Below are positions 34,868-43,777 of a DNA stretch of 48,593 nt, one piece after another. The stretch spans positions 1-48,593 of the forward strand of contig CAZYUV010000001.1 in assembly GCA_964650625.1 (NCBI GenBank), given 5' to 3'. The stretch's first letter is position 1. Each line of letters opens with the position of its first letter. The translations under genes were made by a program, and so were the position numbers. A model generated the notes under the pieces. The model did not search any database. It saw only the letters and a program-made list of their open reading frames with translations, and was not told the origin of the DNA. The stretch is from an uncultured bacterium. Lineage in GTDB: Bacteria > Muiribacteriota > UBA6191.

Positions 34868-36496
34868 TTAATTCGATTTAGAGCGGGTTAGAGTTTGAAT
34901 ATTTTGGACTAAATACACTTCCGCTAAAAGCCATATCAAAAAAAGCAAAAGTAAAACTTTTGAAAGGTCTGACCAGTCGGCCAAATTTTGCGTTTCCTTT
35001 TCTGTAACAACGGCTAAGTTATTAGGCCGCTCAAAAGAATTATTATTCAATACCGGACTTTTCTGGATTAATGGAAAACGATCTAAAAACAACTGATACA
35101 AAAAGACAGGAAAATAAGGATGAGTAACCCCTGAAAAATCATATTTGCTAAAATCAAAGGCGGAAAAATACACCCCTTTATTTTCAAAAAAAAGTACTTC
35201 TTCCCCAGCTATTGCCAATTGTACACCGTCCTCTTGTTTCAATTGTAAGTATCTATAAATTTGCCATGGAACGGAATATAAACCTCGATCTTCGGTGTTC
35301 ATTATAGGAAACTCTAATTCACGCGGCAATGCCTCAACTGCATAGGATTTAATTCCCAATTTTTGATCGATTTGGGTCTGAATGGATCTTTCTTTTTGTG
35401 GAAAAATAAGCATTTTTTTTGCGTCATTTTTCCAAACAAAATTTTTGAGATTACCTATGATCAACCAATCTGGTTTTTCTTGTGACTCTTCCCATAATTT
35501 AGAATCCATATCTATGATTCTAACCAATGTTTTAGGAAACATTAGTTCAAGGCTCTCTAAAAATTTTCTAATAAAATAAAGTCTAGAGTTACGCTGTGAT
35601 GAGCTTACTTCATCATCCACAAGTATTATTGTAAAACTGGATTTAACATCGAGCTTCAAACTCACTTCATCATCAGCATTCAAAATATCTCCTGGAATCT
35701 TGAGCTTATAAACTCTAGATTGTTCATTTTCTACTATCATTGGAAATATAAAATTTGAAGCGGAAGTCACTGAAGGAAATAAAGTTTTTTCGATTATTTT
35801 TTCATCATTTTCAAAAAGGCTTAATTCAGTAGAAAGTTCCTTGGTAGAATTTGTATGAACTGAACCTATGATTTTTACTTCTTCACCTTCGAAAGCCACG
35901 TTTGGTTGAATATAAGCTCCCAAGATTCCTCGATTATCAACCCTTTGAGATCCAAAGGGAATAAACTGCAAAGATAATTTACTTAATGCTTTTAGCTCTT
36001 CGGAGCTAATTCCATAAAATCTACTGAATAAAATATGCTGTGTATCATTGGTATCTATGGATTGAGTTACTCGATCCAGTAAATTATCATCTGTTTTAGC
36101 TTCATACAAAACTACAAATTCCACATCGATTGCTTGAGAATCACCTCTCATTTTATACCATTCAGAGATCATAGAATCTCGATTATCCCAACGATTATCT
36201 AAAAGTACCGTCAGACGATCTTCGTATGGTAAAAGTTGTTGTATCCAACTAGGTGCTTTTTGAATAACTGGCCTTAAAAAATATAAGGATAAACTCAAAA
36301 CAATTAGGCACCTAACTGCAAGAAGAATAACTTGTCTTAATTTTAATTTTTGTGACAAATTAGCTTTCTTACGACGCAAAAGATAGAGTGAACTAACCAT
36401 TATTTGCTTCGCCTGCATACGCTTCAAGAGATGTATTAATAAAGGTATCAATAGAAAAAATAGAAGTATTTGATGATAATTTAATAAAAATTTCAT
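34868..36496 (-). CDS. BatA_N (aerotolerance regulator N-terminal, double-TM) domain protein without VWA MIDAS
   Basis: LLFFLLIPLLIHLLKR plus a second TM (LRQVILLAVRCLIVLSLSLYF) form the BatA N-terminal signature. C-terminal TM LLLLFLIWLLAEVYLV. 4-nt overlap with the DUF58 gene. No DxSxS motif. Confidence 0.7.
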   Translation of the reverse strand: MKFLLNYHQILLFFLLIPLLIHLLKRMQAKQIMVSSLYLLRRKKANLSQKLKLRQVILLAVRCLIVLSLSLYFLRPVIQKAPSWIQQLLPYEDRLTVLLDNRWDNRDSMISEWYKMRGDSQAIDVEFVVLYEAKTDDNLLDRVTQSIDTNDTQHILFSRFYGISSEELKALSKLSLQFIPFGSQRVDNRGILGAYIQPNVAFEGEEVKIIGSVHTNSTKELSTELSLFENDEKIIEKTLFPSVTSASNFIFPMIVENEQSRVYKLKIPGDILNADDEVSLKLDVKSSFTIILVDDEVSSSQRNSRLYFIRKFLESLELMFPKTLVRIIDMDSKLWEESQEKPDWLIIGNLKNFVWKNDAKKMLIFPQKERSIQTQIDQKLGIKSYAVEALPRELEFPIMNTEDRGLYSVPWQIYRYLQLKQEDGVQLAIAGEEVLFFENKGVYFSAFDFSKYDFSGVTHPYFPVFLYQLFLDRFPLIQKSPVLNNNSFERPNNLAVVTEKETQNLADWSDLSKVLLLLFLIWLLAEVYLVQNIQTLTRSKSN

Positions 36497-37392
36497 AAAT
36501 ACCTAGATCTCTTATATAAAAAATGTACCAAGGCTTTTTCTAACGGTATTGATGTATCAAATAATTGATAGTCTACTGAATACTGATGCATAACCGATCG
36601 AATTTCTTTTAAATATACTTGTAAGCTCTTTTCATAGTTTTTCTTGACCGACCGTGCTTCCATACTCAATGTGGTACCTGTCTCAAGATCAACAAAGGTA
36701 CTGAAGTCTTCATACGGAAATGTAAGTTCTTCAGGACTTAAAATATGAAAAGCAACTATCTCATGTTTATGAAATCTGAGTATGCGAATAGCCTCAATGA
36801 GTTCGTCTTCTAGATCCAGGAAATCACTGATAATAATGATCAAACATTTTTTTTTCAGATTGGGTAAAACCTCATTAATAGAATCTAATAAACTAGTTCG
36901 CCCTACAGAGTTGGAACCTTCTAAAAAGTTAACTAATTGCCCGAATTGGGTCATTCGAGAGGAAATGGGAAGAAAATCACGCATCTTATCTGCAAAGCTT
37001 AAGAAACCCACCCCATCCCTCTGATTCAGCAACAGATACGCTAAAGCACAACAGAGAATTTGAGAATAGCGCTCTTTCGATAGATTCGATGGACTATTTG
37101 CTCCCATAGAAGCACTCTGGTCAAGCATTAAAAAACCATTCAAGGAAGAAGATTCTTCGTATTGTTTTACGTAATACTTACCCGATTTACCATAGCGCTT
37201 CCAATCAATATGTCGAAGTTCATCACCAGGCTGATATTCACGATGATGAGAAAACTCTGCGTTATAACCAACATAGGGAGATTTATGATATCCGCCAATT
37301 GCTCCCTCTGCCACGTACCTAGCTGCTAAGTAAAGATTCTTTACTTGAGCAAACAATTTGGGATCAAGAAACTTTTTGCTATTTAGCGGCAC
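36493..37392 (-). CDS. DUF58 (VWA-like) protein
   Basis: HREYQPGDELRHIDWKRYGKSGKYYVKQYEE and FLMLDQSASMG (intact DxSxS) are the DUF58 signature. 10-nt overlap with the MoxR gene. Confidence 0.9.
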   Translation of the reverse strand: MPLNSKKFLDPKLFAQVKNLYLAARYVAEGAIGGYHKSPYVGYNAEFSHHREYQPGDELRHIDWKRYGKSGKYYVKQYEESSSLNGFLMLDQSASMGANSPSNLSKERYSQILCCALAYLLLNQRDGVGFLSFADKMRDFLPISSRMTQFGQLVNFLEGSNSVGRTSLLDSINEVLPNLKKKCLIIIISDFLDLEDELIEAIRILRFHKHEIVAFHILSPEELTFPYEDFSTFVDLETGTTLSMEARSVKKNYEKSLQVYLKEIRSVMHQYSVDYQLFDTSIPLEKALVHFLYKRSRYL

Positions 37393-38351
37393 TTATTTAC
37401 CAAGTCCTCTATGATCTGTCTCACTAAAATTCCTTCTGCTTCACCTTGAAAGTTCATAACCAATCGATGTTGTAATACCATCGGTGCTACCATTGCAATA
37501 TCATCAGTAGAAACATTAGGTCGACCTTGCATAAAGGCTCTAGCGCGTGCAGCTGCAACCATAAACTGACTAGCCCTAGGGCCACTACCCCACGAAATAT
37601 ATTTTTTGACCATATCAGTGGCATAATCACTATTGCTGCGCGTTGCAAAATTCATTCTGACAGCATATTTAACAATTTCTTCACCAACCGGTATAGATTC
37701 AACCATTCTTTGAGCTTCTGCTAAATCTTCCATGGTCATACATTGTTTCATATCTTTTTCAAAAGTTTGTTCCAACAGGGCAATTCGAACTTCATCATCA
37801 AAACTGGGGTATTTCATGTAAAGAGAGAAAGTAAAACGATCTAACTGCGCTTCTGGCAAAGGATAAGTACCTTCTTGTTCAATAGGGTTCTGCGTGGCTA
37901 ATACGAAAAAAGGCTGGGGTAAATCATAGGTTTTATCGCCCTGACTGATTCTTTGTTCCTGCATAGCCTGCAATAAGGCTGACTGTGTCTTAGGAGGGGT
38001 TCTATTTATTTCATCTGCAAGAAGAATATTACAAAAAATAGGTCCTTTAACAAATCTAAACTCTTTTATACCCGTATCTGGATATTCTTGAATAAGATCT
38101 ACCCCTGTAATATCAGATGGCATTAAATCGGGAGTAAATTGAACTCTATTAAATTGACCTCCTAGTACCTTGGCAAGGGTATGAACAATAAGCGTCTTAG
38201 CTAATCCGGGCACTCCAACAAGTAAGGCATGACCACGAGTTAAAATAGATATAAATAACGCATCTAAAACATCTTCTTGGCCAACAATTAGCCGTCCAAG
38301 TTCATTTCTAGCTTCTGTGAGTTTGGCTTGTACTTCTGCAATTGAGCTCAT
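37383..38351 (-). CDS. MoxR-family AAA+ ATPase
   Basis: LLVGVPGLAKTLIVHTLAKVLGGQFNRVQFTPDLMPSDITG, LLADEINRTPPKTQSALLQAMQE and VLATQNPIEQEGTYPLPEAQLDRF are collinear with MoxR proper. 322 aa. Confidence 0.95.
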   Translation of the reverse strand: MSSIAEVQAKLTEARNELGRLIVGQEDVLDALFISILTRGHALLVGVPGLAKTLIVHTLAKVLGGQFNRVQFTPDLMPSDITGVDLIQEYPDTGIKEFRFVKGPIFCNILLADEINRTPPKTQSALLQAMQEQRISQGDKTYDLPQPFFVLATQNPIEQEGTYPLPEAQLDRFTFSLYMKYPSFDDEVRIALLEQTFEKDMKQCMTMEDLAEAQRMVESIPVGEEIVKYAVRMNFATRSNSDYATDMVKKYISWGSGPRASQFMVAAARARAFMQGRPNVSTDDIAMVAPMVLQHRLVMNFQGEAEGILVRQIIEDLVNKCR

Positions 38352-38422
38352 ATTTTCCTTCTTTAATTTTTGCGCGCTGAGTATAAACTAAAGACACAAG
38401 CTTCACAAAGTAGCTTCAACCA

Positions 38423-39736
38423 CTATAAACAATCTCCAGATAAAGATAATTCCATCAAAATTTTATTTCGTAATTCTGCAATATCACTAATTCCATCTAT
38501 CTGGAATTGTCTAACACGCATTACTACATCTTCAAAACCAGATTCTGCTTTTATGCCCCACTGTATTATGATTGTACCGTCTATTTTTTCCGGTAAATTT
38601 ACCAAATCTGAAAATGGAGGAAACTGAAATCTACGCTGAAATTGCGTGTATAGCCAAAATATCTCCTCTCCACAGTGCGAAGTTAAGATTTTTTCCTGAA
38701 GAGCATCGGGATAATTAGTTTTATATCTATTGCCCAACCTTATAAGACCACTAAGTATTGTTTTTATTTCTTTAGCATAAGGAATATGAAAATGTTTTAA
38801 GCGTCTTTCTAAGACCTTGAATTCTTCAAAAGTTATTTTAAACGCTTTAAGTTCTAACCAATGACAAAGAAGCAAAGGAAACACCTGTTTGTCAGATTTA
38901 AGTTTATTAGTGGGAAAAAAATTGGGGGTTTGCTGCGGAAAAAAGCATGATAATTCAGGAAAACAAATGTTTAAAATATCGCATTCTAAATAATCTTGAA
39001 TAGCTTTACGGGGATTTGCTTGCACCGTTTTAATAACCTCAGCCTGAACTCGATCAAAAGAAATACTAGGTAATAGTTTTGATGCATTATTACGAATAAC
39101 CTCAAAAAGACGTCTATCAATAGTAAAGTTTTTTTGATTACAAAAACGATATGCACGTAATATTCTAAGTGGATCTTCTTGCATCCTCAGGAGTGGGTCT
39201 CCAACTGCTCGAATTTTTCGATTCTTAAGATCTTCTAATCCATTAAAATAATCGATTAATTCGAAATCCAAAATATCTTTGTCTGAAGTGAAAAACTTAA
39301 TAAATATAGCGTTTACAGTAAAGTCTCTACGCTCACCATCCTGCCGAGCAGATATCCTTTCTGCATCTATTTCAAAATCTGTATGACCAGGGCCGGTAGA
39401 AACTTCTGTTCTGGCTAAAGCCAAATCAATATCTTCATCAAATTGATAAATTTTTATCTTAAAAACCGGAAAACTTTTTCCTACTTTCTGAAAACTCCGC
39501 AAATAATTTGATTTCTTCAAAGCTATTAAAATATTGATAATATCTTCTGCACTACAAAGATCCACCATCAAATCTATATCTTTTCCTTCAGTGGCATTCA
39601 ACAAAATATCTCTAACTAAACCACCTACCATATATACACTGGATTCTTTAGGCAGTTTTAAGCAAAGTTGTTTTAAAAATTGCATCAATGGTCGCTTAGT
39701 TTCTGAAAAAAGTGTATTTCGAAGCAGTTTCTCCAT
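38423..39736 (-). CDS. CCA-adding tRNA nucleotidyltransferase / poly(A) polymerase family protein
   Basis: VGGLVRDILLN...KDIDLMV (GG-x-VRD, DxD), ERRDFTVNAIF and RILRAYRF motifs of the class II nucleotidyltransferase head/neck. No HD domain. Confidence 0.8.
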   Translation of the reverse strand: MEKLLRNTLFSETKRPLMQFLKQLCLKLPKESSVYMVGGLVRDILLNATEGKDIDLMVDLCSAEDIINILIALKKSNYLRSFQKVGKSFPVFKIKIYQFDEDIDLALARTEVSTGPGHTDFEIDAERISARQDGERRDFTVNAIFIKFFTSDKDILDFELIDYFNGLEDLKNRKIRAVGDPLLRMQEDPLRILRAYRFCNQKNFTIDRRLFEVIRNNASKLLPSISFDRVQAEVIKTVQANPRKAIQDYLECDILNICFPELSCFFPQQTPNFFPTNKLKSDKQVFPLLLCHWLELKAFKITFEEFKVLERRLKHFHIPYAKEIKTILSGLIRLGNRYKTNYPDALQEKILTSHCGEEIFWLYTQFQRRFQFPPFSDLVNLPEKIDGTIIIQWGIKAESGFEDVVMRVRQFQIDGISDIAELRNKILMELSLSGDCL

Positions 39737-39855
39737 TTACCCTCCTTAAACTACAGGAAACCACTATGGATAATGCCATGCAAGCACTACTCACTAAAAT
39801 ATTGAAACGCCAAATCTATGTTGTTGAATAGATATACCTGTTAAACTGTCTCCAT

Positions 39856-40341
39856 ATGAGCGAAGATGTCAGTTTTGCTAGTAAAAAAGTTAACTTCTCG
39901 GCTCAGCCTCCAAGTTTGAAGTTAGCTGAGAAGTCCGATCTGTTTGAACACGCTTCTAAAGAATTAGATGTTAACTGTGTCAAATGTGGCAAACCATTAA
40001 AAATGAACTTTAAGGAAGAGCTAATACGATGTCCATTTTGTTCAGATTTCTTCAAACCCCATGCCCAATTAATCTTCCTACTCGAAGAAGAGTTGCAAAA
40101 ACTCTCAACAAAATCACCTGTTACCTTTTTCCTTAAAAAAAAATGGATCAAAATTCTAATTCTAGCTACGTTATTAAGCGGGTTCATATTGTCTGAAGAT
40201 TGGATTTCAATTAGCTTTTTGGTTTCTATATTTGGAGTTCTTTTTTATGAACTTTATACTAAAACAAATCACAAAGTTAAGAGATTTAGACATTTGACAA
40301 AACTTCTTACCGAATTAGAGTCTACTTATCAAAAAATTTAA
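39856..40341 (+). CDS. hypothetical membrane protein with N-terminal zinc-ribbon
   Basis: CVKCGKPLKMNFKEELIRCPFCSDFF (CxxC-x14-CxxC) followed by two hydrophobic helices (ILILATLLSGFIL and ISFLVSIFGVLFYELY). Confidence 0.5.
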   Translation: MSEDVSFASKKVNFSAQPPSLKLAEKSDLFEHASKELDVNCVKCGKPLKMNFKEELIRCPFCSDFFKPHAQLIFLLEEELQKLSTKSPVTFFLKKKWIKILILATLLSGFILSEDWISISFLVSIFGVLFYELYTKTNHKVKRFRHLTKLLTELESTYQKI

Positions 40342-40353
40342 TTAATAAGAGCT

Positions 40354-41577
40354 ATGGTTACCTTTCTAATATTTTTTTTAATACTCGTAATCTCTATAAC
40401 TTTTTTCATCGCATTAAGAAATGATGGAAAAAAGTTATCAAAAAACCAAAACAACTCTGAGAATAGTCCCGAAACATCTCGATCAAGAAAATCTCCTCAC
40501 AAAAAATCTATCCATACCAATCATTCGAATGAAATTAGTGAAATTCATCCACTTGATGAGCTTAAAGCCATAAGCGAACACTTTGACAAATATTGTGAAA
40601 CTAATATAGGAGACAACCAATATAACAGTTCGAATAATGAATTAGTTTTAGAGACAAAATCTAATTTAAACAAATTAGACACAGGGGTTATGATTTTAGC
40701 TACCAATCAATTTAAACCTTATGATCCTATAGGAATGATGAATCTAAATGATCAGATTACTATCATCACAGATGAAATAATTGAACAAGTAAATAGAATG
40801 ACTCAAGATGCCTCTCAAATCCTAATGGTTTCCAAAAAAATAAATGCCTTAAATGCTATTGAAGATTCTCTTCGAAATCTAATCGATGAATGTAATCGAT
40901 TAGAAACTAAGGAATTAAATGATGAAACTGCCAAAGATTTAATTGAAGATTCTATGGGGATTGCTCCTACCGCAGAATTGGGTCAAACGGAATGTAAAAA
41001 ATTCCTGACTTTTTATTCTATCTACAAAGCTTTTAGAGTCGTTACCCCATTCCTAAAGCTCCAATTGCAAGAAATACAAGATCTCACTACAAAAATTTTG
41101 GAAATACTCAAAGAAGCTCACAACGAACTTTCAGACGAACAATTCCAAATTTTAATAGATATACAACCGCAATTATTGAATCGTTATCGAAATTTTTTTA
41201 ACCATTTCAATGATTTAAATAATGGTATCTACGAAGGCTTACAAATATTTAAATCCAGTACTCTAAGAGATTTTAGAGAGTCTCAAACTACACTTATACA
41301 AATAATCGAAAATATTGATGATCAACTTGAGACATGTAGCTATTTTGCTAGTGGATCTGGTAAGTCAGAAAATGAATTTAATGGCTATTTTAATAAAATT
41401 AAAACTGTATTTAAATCTAAGAAATCCTCAAAATCACTTGGAATTGGTTTACAAGAGTCAGCTCAGAGTTTTTTCGAAGCTCGAGCTCTGGATGCAGACA
41501 ACTTAATTAATTGCAGCAATCTTATGAAATTGGATCAAATTATCTCCAGAGTCGTAAGAACTATTGAAAGGTTATAA
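40354..41577 (+). CDS. hypothetical N-terminally anchored, long alpha-helical/coiled-coil protein
   Basis: TM MVTFLIFFLILVISITFFIAL, a low-complexity basic/Ser linker, then ~330 aa of helical heptad-like sequence. Its stop abuts the GTG start of the next gene. Confidence 0.5.
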   Translation: MVTFLIFFLILVISITFFIALRNDGKKLSKNQNNSENSPETSRSRKSPHKKSIHTNHSNEISEIHPLDELKAISEHFDKYCETNIGDNQYNSSNNELVLETKSNLNKLDTGVMILATNQFKPYDPIGMMNLNDQITIITDEIIEQVNRMTQDASQILMVSKKINALNAIEDSLRNLIDECNRLETKELNDETAKDLIEDSMGIAPTAELGQTECKKFLTFYSIYKAFRVVTPFLKLQLQEIQDLTTKILEILKEAHNELSDEQFQILIDIQPQLLNRYRNFFNHFNDLNNGIYEGLQIFKSSTLRDFRESQTTLIQIIENIDDQLETCSYFASGSGKSENEFNGYFNKIKTVFKSKKSSKSLGIGLQESAQSFFEARALDADNLINCSNLMKLDQIISRVVRTIERL

Positions 41578-42648
41578 GTGTCCAGGCCTCGTATACTAAT
41601 GGTCAGTGTTCGCGCAGACCACGGGGGTGGCCCACGTCACCTTTATCAATTGATAAAAAATCTAAACCATCAATTTGAAATCTTTACTGCTTGCCCTCAC
41701 GAAAAACCGTATTGGGATTTGTTTGAACAAATTTTAGATGAATCTCATATGGAAATAGTCCCGCATCGTCGTTTTCGTTTTGATAAGCTCAACGATTTAG
41801 CAAACTATGCAAAACTAAAAAAAATACAATTAATCCACTCCCATGGAAAAGGAGCTGGTTTATATGGTCGACTGCTGTCTCGCAAAACCGGCATCAAAAG
41901 CGTTCATACCTTTCATGGACTACACTTAGATAACTATAATGCATGGCAAAAATGGCTTTACTTAAAATTAGAGAGATGGCTGTGTTCTCAATCCCAAGCC
42001 TGCATTGCCGTATCGAATTCAGAATATGAACGCGTGCTTGAAAACAAGATAGTTTGTAAAGACAAATTATTCACAATTCTTAATGGTGTATCAGTGGCCA
42101 AAAGAAAGCATCTACTCAGAATGCATAAGCGAGTCATTTGTATTTCAAGGGATGATCCCGCCAAAAATACTGGTTTGATTATCCAAATTGCTAAAATATT
42201 ACCTGATTTCGAATTTAGAATAGTTGGAGTTGAGCCTTCAAAACATTGGAATAAACAATTAGAGGGAATTAATAACATCACCATGATGGGATTAGTGTCG
42301 GAAAATAAAATAATAGAACAAATGCAATGGGCCAGCATTTGTCTAAGTACATCACTATGGGAGGGTTTACCTCTGGCTTTGTTGGAAGCCATGAGTCAAC
42401 AAGTTGCTATTGTAGCTACTCAAGTGCCAGGTAATCGAGACCTAGTTGAAAAAGATGGCTGGATGTTTGAAAGTAATAATCCTCAAGCTGGCGCTAAGGC
42501 TTTGATAGATTGCTTATCTGACTCTCAAATATATGAGAATAAGGTAAGAGACGCCTATGACAAACTAATTAAAAAATACAATGAAACCTTAATGTGCAAA
42601 ATGACTGCCGAACTTTATTTTAATTTACTTAAAAAAAATCGCACCTAA
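41578..42648 (+). CDS. glycosyltransferase family 4
   Basis: RILMVSVRADHGGGPRHLYQL at the N-terminus and SLWEGLPLALLEAMSQQVAIVATQVPGNRDLV (E-x7-E). GTG start directly after the upstream stop. Confidence 0.85.
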   Translation: MSRPRILMVSVRADHGGGPRHLYQLIKNLNHQFEIFTACPHEKPYWDLFEQILDESHMEIVPHRRFRFDKLNDLANYAKLKKIQLIHSHGKGAGLYGRLLSRKTGIKSVHTFHGLHLDNYNAWQKWLYLKLERWLCSQSQACIAVSNSEYERVLENKIVCKDKLFTILNGVSVAKRKHLLRMHKRVICISRDDPAKNTGLIIQIAKILPDFEFRIVGVEPSKHWNKQLEGINNITMMGLVSENKIIEQMQWASICLSTSLWEGLPLALLEAMSQQVAIVATQVPGNRDLVEKDGWMFESNNPQAGAKALIDCLSDSQIYENKVRDAYDKLIKKYNETLMCKMTAELYFNLLKKNRT

Positions 42649-42775
42649 TTACTAGTCAAACGCTAATAAGTTTTGTGTTCGCTACTATTAAATTATTCGA
42701 CCTTGCTTGAGTTAATACTCGATAATACAATGAAGAGTTTAATCATTTTTAACTGAAACAACGAGTGGTTACTTA

Positions 42776-43777
42776 ATGACATATACACTTAAAAACAAAA
42801 CTGTTTTACTGACTGGCGGAGACGGTTTTATAGGGTCTCATTTAGCAGAACACTTGGTAAACCAATGTGCAAAACTGAGAGTATTAACACAATATAACTC
42901 TTACAACTCTTGGGGTTGGCTAGACAATAACCCTCTCACAGAAGATATGGAGATGTGGAACGGTGATATCCGCGACCCTGGTTATTGTCGTAAGTTAGTA
43001 GACGGTGTAGATATTATTTTTCACTTAGCTGCATTAATTGCTATCCCCTATTCTTATCACGCCCCATCCAGTTATATCAATACCAATGTAGTCGGCACAA
43101 CAAATATGCTCGAAGCCGCCTTAGAAAAAGGTATAGAATCTTTTTATCAGACCAGTACTAGCGAGGTTTATGGAACAGCAATCCAAATACCAATTTCAGA
43201 AACCCATCCGTTACAACCTCAATCTCCATACTCTGCTAGCAAAATAGCTAGTGATTCCATAGCCAAATCCTTTTATAGTTCCTTTGAACTCCCGGTAACT
43301 ATTATTCGACCTTTTAATACCTATGGACCTAGACAGTCAGCGCGAGCAGTTATACCTACAATTATTTCTCAAGTTCTTAGTGGAAGCAATCAGCTTAAAT
43401 TAGGAGCTTTAAGTCCAACTCGCGACTTTAATTTTGTATCCGATACATGCCAGGGTTTCATTGATATCGCATTGATGGGAGGTCTACCTGGCGAAGCTAT
43501 AAATATTGGGTCTGGTAGGGAGATTTCGATTGGTGACCTTACACAGCGGCTACTAAGTATTATGAATATGGATCATATGGAAATAGTCTGTCATGAAGAG
43601 AGAATTCGCCCAGAAAAAAGTGAAGTAAATCGCCTTTTAGCAGATCCTACAAAAATTCAGAAATTATGTAATTATAAACCAAAGATTGGTCTAACAAGCG
43701 GTTTAGAACTTACAGTGAAATGGTTTTCCAACCCTAATAATCTTCTTCGATACCGAAGCGGAATATATAATGTTTAA
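42776..43777 (+). CDS. extended SDR NAD-dependent sugar-nucleotide 4,6-dehydratase, LegB-like
   Basis: GGDGFIGSHL Rossmann motif, STSEVYG and YSASK catalytic motifs. QYNSYNSWGWL...FHLAALIAIPYSY...RPFNTYGPRQSARAVIPTII resembles, from memory, the LegB-type GlcNAc-nucleotide 4,6-dehydratases. Confidence 0.75.
   Translation: MTYTLKNKTVLLTGGDGFIGSHLAEHLVNQCAKLRVLTQYNSYNSWGWLDNNPLTEDMEMWNGDIRDPGYCRKLVDGVDIIFHLAALIAIPYSYHAPSSYINTNVVGTTNMLEAALEKGIESFYQTSTSEVYGTAIQIPISETHPLQPQSPYSASKIASDSIAKSFYSSFELPVTIIRPFNTYGPRQSARAVIPTIISQVLSGSNQLKLGALSPTRDFNFVSDTCQGFIDIALMGGLPGEAINIGSGREISIGDLTQRLLSIMNMDHMEIVCHEERIRPEKSEVNRLLADPTKIQKLCNYKPKIGLTSGLELTVKWFSNPNNLLRYRSGIYNV

Noticed and set aside
36847-36855. Homopolymer tracts as potential phase-variation switches: T9 in the DUF58 gene (36847-36855), A9 at 33473-33481 in the ATP-grasp gene 5' end, A9 at 40135-40143, and several A8/T8 runs.
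   Set aside because: Runs of 8-9 A/T encoding Lys/Phe are expected at this AT content. They are spread over unrelated housekeeping-type genes rather than concentrated in surface-antigen 5' ends. All tracts are currently in frame.
6885-38351. Two MoxR-class ATPases in one window (6885-7685 and 37383-38351). Possible recent duplication.
   Set aside because: They belong to different subfamilies: a 266-aa AAA_5/CoxD-like protein and a 322-aa MoxR proper. Apart from the Walker motifs they share little, and they have different partner proteins (CoxE-like VWA versus DUF58).
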